64,000 nucleotides of DNA from an uncultured bacterium (GCA_938036315.1 CALHPK010000001.1:144109-208108); one strand, 5' to 3'. Counted from the stretch's first letter, positions 10,640-20,893 are shown. Translations and numbers: made by a program. Notes: a model not told the origin generated them from the letters alone.

Positions 10640-11557
10640 CTATTTGAGTTCTGCAAAAATCTCTATATTTGCTCCCCTACCCAAAATGTAAGCAAGCAGT
10701 GCAACCGGGAGTTTAACAACCCTAAAAATAAATCCATCAAAATCTCCTGGTTTCCTTATCCAGAAATCTTTTCTATCATATACCTTTACCTTTAGTATCT
10801 CAAATCCATTGTCTGACAGAAATTTTTTTATGCTCTTTTCAGACCAGAAAAAAGGGTGCTGTAGAGAAAAAAATTTACTTTGTACAGGGACTTTAATAAT
10901 ATACCTTAAGATGTCATATATGTTCTTGAATTGATTTGGGATTTCCATAACTAAAAGTCCCCCTTGGTTCAGTAGGCTCTTGATTTTGCTTAAAGCTCTC
11001 ACAGGATCAGTAAAGTGCTCGAACACATGGTTCATATGTATAACATCAAATTTGGTCTCCGTATGGAAATCGAAAAATGAACAGGCTACAACGTTCAGGT
11101 CATCATACTTTGCTCTCACTTTTGATATCACATACTCTGATATATCTATGCCTACTGGATTGAGACCAAGGTCCTTGGCACATCTTATAAATAGTCCGTA
11201 GCCACAGCCGACATCAAGTATAGATGCTTTTCTCCTTTGTTTAATTTTTATAATATTTCTAATTCTCCTTTTGAAATAAAATTCATCAGAAATAGCTGAT
11301 AATCTTTTATCAAACGTTTCTCCAGAATAAAGCTCATCAAAATATCCTTGCGAGTAGAAATTTTTGTATTCATCATCACTCATAAATGGATAGAGCCATC
11401 TAAGATCGCAAGCTTTGCAGACAAGGATTTTTTCCTTCTCAAGATTTAAAATATATTTCGCAAAGTTATCCTCACTACTTGTCTCATTACCACATATTAC
11501 ACATTTTCTAAGATAAATCATATTAATAATAGCTATATCAATAACCAGACAATGCAA
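10640..11557 (-). CDS. Class I SAM-dependent methyltransferase with N-terminal zinc-ribbon (sugar C-methyltransferase-like)
   Basis: N-terminal CVICG...CKAC zinc ribbon, ILDVGCGYGLF SAM motif I, and DVIHMNHVFEH. Confidence 0.65.
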   Translation of the reverse strand: MHCLVIDIAIINMIYLRKCVICGNETSSEDNFAKYILNLEKEKILVCKACDLRWLYPFMSDDEYKNFYSQGYFDELYSGETFDKRLSAISDEFYFKRRIRNIIKIKQRRKASILDVGCGYGLFIRCAKDLGLNPVGIDISEYVISKVRAKYDDLNVVACSFFDFHTETKFDVIHMNHVFEHFTDPVRALSKIKSLLNQGGLLVMEIPNQFKNIYDILRYIIKVPVQSKFFSLQHPFFWSEKSIKKFLSDNGFEILKVKVYDRKDFWIRKPGDFDGFIFRVVKLPVALLAYILGRGANIEIFAELK

Positions 11558-11657
11558 TCAGATACTAAAACAAAATAATTGTAATAATAATAACAACATC
11601 TTAGTAATTAATTGTAAGCAGTAATTAATCATAAATGAGATATAATATAACAATAAA

Positions 11658-12578
11658 ATGCAAATTGGCTGTGTGATCCTAAATTGGAATAATTACATAG
11701 ATACAAAAGAATGTATAAACTCTATATTAGCAAGTAAAGGTGAGGTAAAAAAGAAGATAGTTTTAGTTGATAACTGTTCAACTGACGATTCCTTTGAAAG
11801 ACTCTTAAGAGACTTTGGCAGGCCGGAAAATATATTTTTCATAAAGAATGAACAAAATAGAGGATACGCCGGTGGAATCAACTCAGGCATAAGATACATC
11901 TTAAAAAATTTCAATTGCCCATACATAATTGCTATGAACAATGATATAATCATTCCTGACTTTTTCTTTGATAATATGCTCGAGATAGTATCAAAAAATA
12001 ATATCGATATAGCTTCTCCTGTATTCCTCGATTACAGAACAGGAAAGGTTAAGTTTGAAGGTGTCAAAAAGTTATTCATACCACTGCTTCATCACATAGA
12101 GATTAAAGGTAATTACGGTAAACTTGACTGGTGGCCCGCCGAGGTGGTTATGGGAGCTTCAATGATGTTCTCAAGTCAATTTCTGAAAAATGAACTCTGG
12201 CTCTACGAACCTTTTTTTCTATACTGCGAAGAAGATGAAATATGCATAAGAGCAAAAATGAAAGGATACAAAGTCGGTATATGCGGAAAAGCAATCCTTT
12301 ACGATAAGGGGAAGATGAGCCTAAAAAGAGGAAAACAGAAAAAAGAAGATGCAATTTACTTTACCATAAGAAATAGATTTATCTTAGCAAAGCTCTTGAA
12401 ACAATATGGATATCTCTCAAAAAGTGAGTTTTTCGGATTCAATATAACATTCACCATCGCTTGCATCGTACTCTCCACATCACTAATCTATAACTTCAAA
12501 GTATCAACAGCAATCATAAAAGGTGTGAGAGACGGATTCAAAGCAAAGATAGAACCACATTACATCTACGGAAGCTGA
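11658..12578 (+). CDS. Glycosyltransferase family 2
   Basis: VILNWNN...LVDNCSTDDS...NRGYAGGINSGI fits the GT-A fold with a DxD-like motif. Confidence 0.75.
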   Translation: MQIGCVILNWNNYIDTKECINSILASKGEVKKKIVLVDNCSTDDSFERLLRDFGRPENIFFIKNEQNRGYAGGINSGIRYILKNFNCPYIIAMNNDIIIPDFFFDNMLEIVSKNNIDIASPVFLDYRTGKVKFEGVKKLFIPLLHHIEIKGNYGKLDWWPAEVVMGASMMFSSQFLKNELWLYEPFFLYCEEDEICIRAKMKGYKVGICGKAILYDKGKMSLKRGKQKKEDAIYFTIRNRFILAKLLKQYGYLSKSEFFGFNITFTIACIVLSTSLIYNFKVSTAIIKGVRDGFKAKIEPHYIYGS

Positions 12579-13549
12579 ACGGGACCAAACTTCCTCACAA
12601 CTATACCCCTCAAACCAGATTTTATCCAAATCCTTCTGACAATCTCCAGGATTATAAAAAGCATCATCTGACTAGTTGATGGTTCCACCTTACCCGCACT
12701 ATATAGATGCAGAGCATCTAGACTTTTAAACATCTTCTCCACCCTGTTTTTATATGTATGCTTCTCCAGAACTTCTATCATCCCTGAACGTGCTATCCTT
12801 TCACGCTCCTCATCATTCCTAAGATAATAACTTATCTTCTCGAACATATCATCTTCTGATGAGAATACAACTAACTGCTCTCTACTAAAAAGGTCTTCCC
12901 TGCCGTCAAAATCCTTAGATAAAACCATAGAACCAGAACACATCCCTTCAAAAACCCTCATATTTAGGCCAAACCTTTTATTAAGATTCAGAACGATCTT
13001 TGCCGATGAATAAATCTTACCAATGTCTTGACAATTTGCCACGCCGAAAAAGAATTTCAATCCCATCCTCTCAAGTAGATCCCTCATCCTCAAACGCTCC
13101 TTGTCCAGAGAACCTACAAATGCTAAATCATAGATCTTCAGCTGTGCCTGTTGCTTATGAAATGGGGGATAACATGCGAGAGGCAACCACTCTACTTTTC
13201 TACCAGTATCAATAGATAACTTCTCCGCAAATATCTTTTGGGAACAGAAAACTATATCAAAGTATCTCGACATAATTTTATCCAACTTAAATGAAAAGGG
13301 GGTGTCTATAAACCAAAATATCGAAGGAGAAAGATCCGATGGGAAAGAATAATGTGAAGAATCATCAACACAGATATAGGCTGTATACCTACCTTTTATT
13401 TTATTTTTTATCCGATATGCCGAAAATGGATCGAAAAGATCGACGGTAAAGCCGAGCTCTTCAAGAGTTCGGTGGACATAATAACCTGTAGAGCACATCT
13501 GCCCAGAATAAAAAATCGCAACTTTACCTTTGTTCCTTGACATCGGCAT
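12566..13549 (-). CDS. CgeB-like glycosyltransferase-fold protein (spore-maturation CgeB family)
   Basis: The N-terminal and C-terminal layout resembles the CgeB/DUF3880 + GT1-like architecture. The call is by weak pattern similarity. Confidence 0.45.
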   Translation of the reverse strand: MPMSRNKGKVAIFYSGQMCSTGYYVHRTLEELGFTVDLFDPFSAYRIKNKIKGRYTAYICVDDSSHYSFPSDLSPSIFWFIDTPFSFKLDKIMSRYFDIVFCSQKIFAEKLSIDTGRKVEWLPLACYPPFHKQQAQLKIYDLAFVGSLDKERLRMRDLLERMGLKFFFGVANCQDIGKIYSSAKIVLNLNKRFGLNMRVFEGMCSGSMVLSKDFDGREDLFSREQLVVFSSEDDMFEKISYYLRNDEERERIARSGMIEVLEKHTYKNRVEKMFKSLDALHLYSAGKVEPSTSQMMLFIILEIVRRIWIKSGLRGIVVRKFGPVQLP

Positions 13550-13609
13550 TATATCTTTATTTACTACATCTGCCTACGATTACCCTTGATAGATTTCTAA
13601 TCTATTTAC

Positions 13610-14038
13610 CTATTTCTGCTCCTCGGTTTCCTGTTCCTTCTTTTCTTCCAGTGCCTTTTTGAACCTTTCCTTCAACTCTGGTATAATCTTCTCAGCAACT
13701 TCAGGAATAAGGTTTATCACTTTTTCCACTATCATAGATTGTGGTCTTCCCATGGAGTAGAAAAAAGCTTTGCCCTCATCACCTACGACAAGAATCCCTA
13801 CGGGCTCAACAGACAAAGCTCCCCCTGAAGCTCCAATTTCATTTTTATTCCTTGATCCAGCCATAAAACCTATTTTTATCTTTGAAAGGGTTATTATACT
13901 TGACCTCCCAAGTTGCACAGGTCTGCTTATTATTGTCTCAGATTTCACTATCTCCTTTATCTTATCAAATAGTGAATAGAGAATCTGCTCAAGCCCACTA
14001 CCTTCCTGCTGTAACAACTCCTTCTTTTCCTTCTCCAT
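13610..14038 (-). CDS. YtfJ/GerW-family (Spore_YtfJ-like) protein
   Basis: IISRPVQLGRSSIITLSKIKIGFMAGS....GASGGALSVEPVGILVVGDEG matches the YtfJ Gly-rich core, followed by an acidic/Lys-rich tail. Confidence 0.55.
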   Translation of the reverse strand: MEKEKKELLQQEGSGLEQILYSLFDKIKEIVKSETIISRPVQLGRSSIITLSKIKIGFMAGSRNKNEIGASGGALSVEPVGILVVGDEGKAFFYSMGRPQSMIVEKVINLIPEVAEKIIPELKERFKKALEEKKEQETEEQK

Positions 14039-14270
14039 ACCTTTAATTTAGTCGGAATAACCTCCTTTTTTTTATAATTTTATACTTACTTATGAGTATA
14101 CATACAGGAACTTTATCTTAAGAATTCACCTCAAGAAAATGAAAACTGAATAACTTGATAAACCATCAGATAGGAACTTCTCACACTGCAACTGAGAAAA
14201 CACAAAATTGAACAAAAATGATTAAATTTTACTTGATTAGAACGGATAGTAATAAAGATAAAAATTTACG

Positions 14271-14627
14271 ATGATCGATTTTAGTGTGATAAAGAAGTTC
14301 ATACTTGCTTTACTTCTTTTAAATTTCTTTTTGCCCAATAAGGTTTGCCTTAGTGAAGCGATCTCTCTAATTCCCAGCAAGTTGATCACTGAGCAAAACC
14401 ATAAATGCTGCAAGGGTGAAAAGGCAAAAAAAGAAAGTCCAGAAACTTTTAAGAAAGTTGCTCCTGATTGCTGCACCGGAAACTGCGCATGCACATCTCA
14501 ATTTTTAACTAAACTTGAAACCCCAAAAGTAAATCCCATAAGAATCTACTACATAGATTTTTCTGGACAAATATACACAAAAATTTTCTCAAGAGATATA
14601 TTTTACCCGCCTAAAATGTCAGCGTAA
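14271..14627 (+). CDS. Small secreted cysteine-rich protein (candidate periplasmic metal-binding protein)
   Basis: A signal peptide is followed by CC..(27)..CC.GNCAC (7 Cys in 45 aa). The gene sits directly upstream of cusB-like. Confidence 0.35.
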   Translation: MIDFSVIKKFILALLLLNFFLPNKVCLSEAISLIPSKLITEQNHKCCKGEKAKKESPETFKKVAPDCCTGNCACTSQFLTKLETPKVNPIRIYYIDFSGQIYTKIFSRDIFYPPKMSA

Positions 14628-14710
14628 GGCAAACTATACCTGACAGCCGAACTTTCAGCCTTACTTTAAAAACCTTAAAAACCTTACACCCAAAAAAGGA
14701 GGTTTTTAAA

Positions 14711-16183
14711 ATGGAAAGCACAAAAAACAGGAAAATTAAAAGTAAACAAGGCATACTTGTTATCTCGGCAGTTGCAATCTTGATCACACTCTTTATAGGT
14801 TATAGAATTCAGATCATTCACCAGATTACACATCTGATCCAACTATCGCATGGGCAAAAGGATAAAAAAGCACACGAACAAAAAAGCAAAGAAAAAAAAG
14901 AGTATTACTGCCCCATGCACCCGGAGGTCAGACAAAATAAACCAGGAAGATGTCCAAAATGTGGGATGTATCTCGTTCCAGCTACTCAGGAGCCTAGCAA
15001 GGAACAAGAATTAAAAGAACACGAACACAAGCAAAAACATCAATCTCTTTACCACTGCCCTATGCACCCCCAATATATCTCCGATAAGCCCGGAGAATGT
15101 CCAATATGCGGTATGAGATTGGTCAAGATTGATCAAACAGTAGAACCAGAACCTACCAGAACAAAATATCACACCGTCGAAGGTAGAGTTCCTATAAAGA
15201 TATCCCCTGAAAGACAGCAACTTATAGGTGTAAAATTTGCCTATGCCGAAAAAAGAAGACTCATAAAAACCCTAATTGTACCTGGATATGTTGATTTTGA
15301 TGAAAGAAGATTTGTTAGAGTTAATGCAAGGTTCGACGGATGGGTAGAAAAGCTTTATGTAAATTATACTGGAGCATTTGTGAAAAAGGGACAACCCCTT
15401 GCTGAATTATACAGTCCAGAAGTTGTTCTGGCGCAAGAAGAATATATAGTTGCCAAGAGAAATTCGGAAAGACTCACAGACTACGCTTTGCGCAAATTTA
15501 ATCTCCTGAACATCCCAGAATTTGAAATTAGAAAACTTGATGAAACTGAAATTGTAAGAAGAACCCTGCCAATTCGCTCCCCAGCCTCGGGTTTTGTCAT
15601 CGAAAAGAATGTAGTTGAAGGACAAAAAGTTTCAGCAGGCGATGACCTGTACAAATTGGCTGATCTATCCTACGTCTGGATTCACGGGAATGTATACGGA
15701 TACGAAGGTAAAGCAATAAAAATCGGACAAGATGTTAAAATAACCTCCCCATACAATCCAGAAAAATCCCTACCCGGTAAGATTAACTATATCTATCCAT
15801 ACCTTGATAAAGATACAAGGACAACCAGAATAAGAGTTGATGCTAAAAACAACGGAGAACTGAAACCTGGCATGTATGTAAACCTTGAAATAGATGTAGA
15901 TTATGGGATAAGACTTTCTATTCCTTCGTCTGCAGTACTGGAACTTGGAAGGACAAATTATGTTTTTGTTGATGCTGGAGATGGATACTTTGAACCTCGA
16001 GAGGTAAAACTCGGTATAAGAACTGATGACTACTATGAAGTTGTTGAAGGATTAAGCGATGGAGAAAAAGTCATCTCATCCGCAACATTTCTTATCGACT
16101 CAGAATCTGCTATGAGATATGCTATCGAACTTATGAAGAATGAGAAGGGAGGAGAAAAACAAATAAATGGACATAAACATTAA
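14711..16183 (+). CDS. cusB: Efflux RND periplasmic adaptor (CusB-like) with two N-terminal CPMHP heavy-metal-binding modules
   Basis: Two copies of Y(Y/H)CPMHP....KPG.CP.CGM.LV are followed by an HlyD_D23 / beta-barrel MFP core. Confidence 0.8.
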   Translation: MESTKNRKIKSKQGILVISAVAILITLFIGYRIQIIHQITHLIQLSHGQKDKKAHEQKSKEKKEYYCPMHPEVRQNKPGRCPKCGMYLVPATQEPSKEQELKEHEHKQKHQSLYHCPMHPQYISDKPGECPICGMRLVKIDQTVEPEPTRTKYHTVEGRVPIKISPERQQLIGVKFAYAEKRRLIKTLIVPGYVDFDERRFVRVNARFDGWVEKLYVNYTGAFVKKGQPLAELYSPEVVLAQEEYIVAKRNSERLTDYALRKFNLLNIPEFEIRKLDETEIVRRTLPIRSPASGFVIEKNVVEGQKVSAGDDLYKLADLSYVWIHGNVYGYEGKAIKIGQDVKITSPYNPEKSLPGKINYIYPYLDKDTRTTRIRVDAKNNGELKPGMYVNLEIDVDYGIRLSIPSSAVLELGRTNYVFVDAGDGYFEPREVKLGIRTDDYYEVVEGLSDGEKVISSATFLIDSESAMRYAIELMKNEKGGEKQINGHKH

Positions 16184-16189
16184 GCTGTC

Positions 16190-19100
16190 ATGATAGAAAA
16201 GATAATAGAATTCTGTGCAAAAAATAGGTTTCTTGTTCTTTTACTTATTTTGTTCTTAGTTTTATGGGCATACCGATCTTTGAAAAATATTCCATTAGAT
16301 GCCATTCCAGATTTATCTGAAACGCAGGTTATTATACTTGTGAGGTGGGATAGACCACCACAAATTATAGAAGCGCAAGTTACATATCCCATCATAACAG
16401 CTCTTCTGGGAGCGCCACGAGTCAAAGATATAAGAGGAATAACAGATTATGGATTCTCTTTCATCTATGTGATATTTGAAGAAGGAGTAGATATTTACTG
16501 GGCACGCTCCCGAATCATAGAATACCTATCAAATATAATTCCAAAACTACCAGAAGGTATACAGGTTGAACTGGGTCCAGATGCTACAGGACTTGGATGG
16601 GTCTTTATGTATGCCTTAAAAGACAGGAGTGGGAAGCATTCACTTGAAGAACTCCAAGCATTTCAGAAATGGCATCTAAAGTACATCTTGCAATCTGTTA
16701 AGGGAGTTGCAGAAGTTTCCTCAATAGGTGGATTCACCAAACAGTATCAAGTTATTCTAAATCCTCAGTTACTGCTATCATATGGAGTCTCAGCAGCAGA
16801 AGTTGTGAATGCAATTCAGAAATCAAACCAGGAACAGGGAGCAAGGATTATTGAAATGCAAGGAAGAGAATATATGGTCACTGCAAAAGGATATATAAGT
16901 TCTATAGAAGATATCAAAGAAATTGTTGTAAAGGTCAATTCTGATGGAATCCCCATAAAGATAAAGGATTTAGCAAATGTAAGGATCGGTCCAGACATAA
17001 GGCGCGGGATCGCAGACCTTGATGGCGAGGGAGAAGTCGTCGGCGGGATAGTTATTATGAGAACCGGTGAAAATGCCCTTGAAGTGATAAAGCGCGTAAA
17101 GGAAAAACTAAAAGAGGTAAGACTCCCAGATGGTGTCGAACTTGTCATAACCTATGACCGATCGGATCTTATCCTAAAAGCTATCGATACCCTAAAAAGA
17201 AAGCTCACAGAAGAGATGATCATTGTTTCTGCCGTGATCTTACTCTTCCTCCTACATATTCCCTCAGCAGTTGTTCCGATCGTAATCTTGCCAACAGCTG
17301 TTCTGCTCTCATTCATCCCTATGTACTACCTCCGCATAACTTCAAACATCATGTCCCTCGGTGGGATAGCTCTATCAATAGGCGCTATGGTCGACTCAGC
17401 TTTGGCGATAATTGAAAACTCTCACAAAAGATTAGCTCCCCTATGGCGAGATGGTAGAAACACCCTTAAAGATTATGAAAGCATCCTTATAGGGGCAATA
17501 AAAGAGGTTGGAAGACCCGCATTCTTCACTCTTCTTGTTATTACAGTATCATTTCTTCCAATCTTCGCTTTAGAATCAACCGAGGGCAAACTCTTCAAAC
17601 CCTTAGCTTTCACAAAGACATTCTCGATGCTCTTTGCATCCTTACTATCTATAACCTTAGTTCCCGCAGTAATTACTACACTCGTAAGACCATATCCACT
17701 CCCTGGCTTCAGAAAAATTTGGGATGAAGAGGAACATCCTATATCAAAATTTCTTCATAGAGTGTATACTAAAATTGTAAGGGTTGTACTGAAATACCCA
17801 AAAGCTGTTGTAACCTCCGCCGGAATCATATTCCTGGGGACCTTACCTTTACTACTCAAACTTGGAAGCGAATTTATGCCACCACTCAATGAAGGGAGCA
17901 TTCTTTACATGCCGACAACTCCTCCCGGCATCTCAGCAACCGAAGCGGGAAGGCTTCTACAGATTCAAGATAAGATCCTAAAAAGCTTTCCTGAAGTCCT
18001 GACAGTATTCGGCAAAGCAGGAAGAGCGGAAACATCTACTGACCCAGCCCCCTTATCTATGATGGAAACCGTAGTCACTCTAAAACCCCCACATGAGTGG
18101 AGAGAAAAAGATGTATGGTACCGGTTTTTACCAGAACCCCTGAAAAAGCCCCTGAGATTAATCTGGCCTGACAGAATCTCTTGGGAAGAACTCATAGAAC
18201 AGATGGATAAAGCTCTGCAAATACCCGGACAAGTAAACGCATGGACAATGCCAATTAAAACCAGAATTGATATGCTCACAACAGGAATAAGAACCCCTAT
18301 TGGAATCAAAATCTACGGATATGATCTTGATGAAATCGACAAGATAGGGCAGAAGATAGAATCCATCCTCAAGGATATCAGTCGGACCCGAAGTGTGTTT
18401 GCTGAAAAAATAGGTCAGGGATACTTCATAGACATAATCCCTAAAAGAGAAGAGATAGCAAGGTATGGACTTACCATTGAAGATATCCACAGAGAAATTC
18501 TTGCATCGATCGGAGGTGAAAATATAGCTTTCACAATTGAGGGTATGGAACGATTCCCGATAAATGTCAGATATCCTTATGACTACAGAAATTCTCCAGA
18601 AAAACTTAAGAATGTTTACATAAGAACATCACACGGATTTTTTGTTCCCCTCTCTCAGCTTGTGGATATTTCCATATCTACCGGACCATCAATGATAAGA
18701 AATGAGAACGGCAGATTAGTCAACTATGTTTATGTTGACATAGAAGGGAAAGACATAGGAGGATATGTTAGGGAGGCAAAAAGATTAATCAATGAAAGGC
18801 TCGAACTTCCACCGGGATACACTTTGGTATTTTCTGGACAATACGAATATATGGAGAGAGTAAAAGAAAAACTCAAATTTGTAGTTCCGTTGACGCTTTT
18901 CTCTGTTTTTCTTCTCCTTTACATCAATACAAGATCTTTCATAAAGACATCTATTGTTATGCTTGCGGTTCCGTTCTCACTTGTAGGTGCAGCTCTAATA
19001 CTTTACATTCTCGATTACAACGTTAGTATAGCTGTGTGGGTTGGAATCATAGCACTGCTTGGAGTTGATGCGGAGACCGGAGTATTTATGCTACTGTACC

Positions 19101-19396
19101 TTGATTTAGCATACGAAGAAATGAAAAAGAAAGGTAAATTGATAACAGAAGAAGATCTGAAACTTGCTGTGATTGAGGGCTCAGTAAAAAGGCTTCGCCC
19201 AAAACTTATGACAGTCGGAACAACATTCTTAGGGCTCTTACCTATTATGTGGGCACAAACACATGAATTAGGAGCAGATACAATGAAAAGAATTGTCGCA
19301 CCAATGATAGGAGGCATCTTTTCCTCGTTTGTAATGGAACTCGTTGTTTACCCAGCTATATATTTCCTATGGAAGAAAAGAAAACTCTCTGCTTGA
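16190..19396 (+). CDS. cusA: CusA/CzcA-family heavy-metal efflux RND permease
   Basis: 1068 aa, 12-TM RND topology with large periplasmic loops. The TM4 region resembles the Met-rich region seen in Cus-type pumps. Confidence 0.9.
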   Translation: MIEKIIEFCAKNRFLVLLLILFLVLWAYRSLKNIPLDAIPDLSETQVIILVRWDRPPQIIEAQVTYPIITALLGAPRVKDIRGITDYGFSFIYVIFEEGVDIYWARSRIIEYLSNIIPKLPEGIQVELGPDATGLGWVFMYALKDRSGKHSLEELQAFQKWHLKYILQSVKGVAEVSSIGGFTKQYQVILNPQLLLSYGVSAAEVVNAIQKSNQEQGARIIEMQGREYMVTAKGYISSIEDIKEIVVKVNSDGIPIKIKDLANVRIGPDIRRGIADLDGEGEVVGGIVIMRTGENALEVIKRVKEKLKEVRLPDGVELVITYDRSDLILKAIDTLKRKLTEEMIIVSAVILLFLLHIPSAVVPIVILPTAVLLSFIPMYYLRITSNIMSLGGIALSIGAMVDSALAIIENSHKRLAPLWRDGRNTLKDYESILIGAIKEVGRPAFFTLLVITVSFLPIFALESTEGKLFKPLAFTKTFSMLFASLLSITLVPAVITTLVRPYPLPGFRKIWDEEEHPISKFLHRVYTKIVRVVLKYPKAVVTSAGIIFLGTLPLLLKLGSEFMPPLNEGSILYMPTTPPGISATEAGRLLQIQDKILKSFPEVLTVFGKAGRAETSTDPAPLSMMETVVTLKPPHEWREKDVWYRFLPEPLKKPLRLIWPDRISWEELIEQMDKALQIPGQVNAWTMPIKTRIDMLTTGIRTPIGIKIYGYDLDEIDKIGQKIESILKDISRTRSVFAEKIGQGYFIDIIPKREEIARYGLTIEDIHREILASIGGENIAFTIEGMERFPINVRYPYDYRNSPEKLKNVYIRTSHGFFVPLSQLVDISISTGPSMIRNENGRLVNYVYVDIEGKDIGGYVREAKRLINERLELPPGYTLVFSGQYEYMERVKEKLKFVVPLTLFSVFLLLYINTRSFIKTSIVMLAVPFSLVGAALILYILDYNVSIAVWVGIIALLGVDAETGVFMLLYLDLAYEEMKKKGKLITEEDLKLAVIEGSVKRLRPKLMTVGTTFLGLLPIMWAQTHELGADTMKRIVAPMIGGIFSSFVMELVVYPAIYFLWKKRKLSA

Positions 19397-19412
19397 TACT
19401 TCTTTCTTTTTT

Positions 19413-19462
19413 AGGAACGTAAAGTAAAAAATATTCTCAGGAACGTAAAGTAAAAAATATTC
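19413..19462. repeat. Two perfect 24-bp direct repeats (aggaacgtaaagtaaaaaatattc) 2 nt apart, between cusA and the Crp/Fnr gene
   Basis: Read directly from the sequence. The position suggests a candidate operator or binding-site pair. Confidence 0.7.
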
Positions 19463-19530
19463 AAAGAGAGATTTTAAATTTACTTACATAATAGATAGAA
19501 TAAAGAAATTAGAACTTCTTTATATTTTAA

Positions 19531-20175
19531 TTGATAATAAAACTACATTATAAGTTGAGCAAAGAAAGTGCGATGCAATTTCCCCTAAATCAGTTATTCA
19601 AAAAGGGAAAAATTCACTTTTTCAGAAAAAATGAACTGATTTACTCAGCATGGAGCAATATAGATTCTATTTTCATAATAAAGAGAGGGAAAGTAAAACT
19701 ATTTCATCTTACTGAAGATGGTAGAGAGATTGCTTTCGACCTACTTTCCGAAGGTGAAATTTTTGGAACACTGAATGGGGTGGCACCTGAATTTGCTTCC
19801 GCTTATGAAGAATCAGAAATTACTGTTATACCCACAACAAAAATCAAAGATCTTGATCGAACAGAACTTTTATATATTATTAACTCTTTTTCGAGAAATC
19901 TCAATAGAACAAAGGAAAGACTCTGGTGGTTTTTATCGCTACCTCTTGAAAAAAGGATTTTATTAGTTGCAGATTTTCTTTCGCTAAAGGTTGGAAGAAG
20001 ATTAAACGGTGTTATACGCCTTAACATATCTCATCAGGAACTGGCATCCTTCTGCGGCGCAAGTCGTGAGTGTGTATCTAGACTCCTTCAAGATTTCAAA
20101 AACAAAGGTATCGCAGAAGTAAAAAGGAAACAAATTGTGATATACATCACTGAAAATCTCAAACAAGAAGACTAA
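19531..20175 (+). CDS. Crp/Fnr-family transcriptional regulator
   Basis: An N-terminal cNMP-binding beta-barrel is followed by a C-terminal HTH (ELASFCGASRECVSRLLQDFKNKGI). Confidence 0.75.
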   Translation: MIIKLHYKLSKESAMQFPLNQLFKKGKIHFFRKNELIYSAWSNIDSIFIIKRGKVKLFHLTEDGREIAFDLLSEGEIFGTLNGVAPEFASAYEESEITVIPTTKIKDLDRTELLYIINSFSRNLNRTKERLWWFLSLPLEKRILLVADFLSLKVGRRLNGVIRLNISHQELASFCGASRECVSRLLQDFKNKGIAEVKRKQIVIYITENLKQED

Positions 20176-20238
20176 ATTCATAAATTAATAAGACCGAATT
20201 TCGGAGTTATACAAAACTACATACAAGGAGGAAAGGAT

Positions 20239-20652
20239 ATGGATGGAATAAGAAATGTTGGGTTCATAATAGGTAGGATCATAGTGGGTATATACTACGC
20301 CTATTCTGGAATAGAGCATTTCATACTTCTTCATCCGATGTCTCAGTACGCTGCCGCAAAAGGAGTTCCAATTCCAGAACTCGCAGTCGCATTCACTGGA
20401 ATTCTTCTTCTCATCGGAGGAATATCTATTCTTCTTGGAGTGTACCCTTGGGTTGGCGTACTATCTTTGATAATATTCTTCGTCCCCGTAACATTCATAA
20501 TGCACGCTTTCTGGAAAGTTCAGGACCCTACGGTCCGGATGGGAGAGATGATTAACTTTATGAAAAACATGGGACTTATGGGCTCAGCTCTTATATTTCT
20601 GGCAATACCCGAACCTTGGAAAATGTCAATCAAAAAAAATTCCGGTACATAA
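20239..20652 (+). CDS. DoxX-family membrane protein
   Basis: 4 TM helices, with YSGIEHF and HAFWK motifs. Confidence 0.65.
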   Translation: MDGIRNVGFIIGRIIVGIYYAYSGIEHFILLHPMSQYAAAKGVPIPELAVAFTGILLLIGGISILLGVYPWVGVLSLIIFFVPVTFIMHAFWKVQDPTVRMGEMINFMKNMGLMGSALIFLAIPEPWKMSIKKNSGT

Positions 20653-20893
20653 AATTATACTCATCTTTACCTTAATTTGTCCTCTAATTAATAGTTGCCT
20701 CCTCAATCTTGGAAACAGGCTCGAACCAAATAATCTTGATCAACATAGAATCTCAGCTAGGGCTTCAAAAAAGACCTTGAAAAAGCACGGAAGAATGAAT
20801 TAAAATAGCAAAACACAGATCTTGGGAAAAAATAAAAAGTGGAAATTTACTAAATAAGGCATTAATTGTAAAACTATTTTTAAAATATATGTT

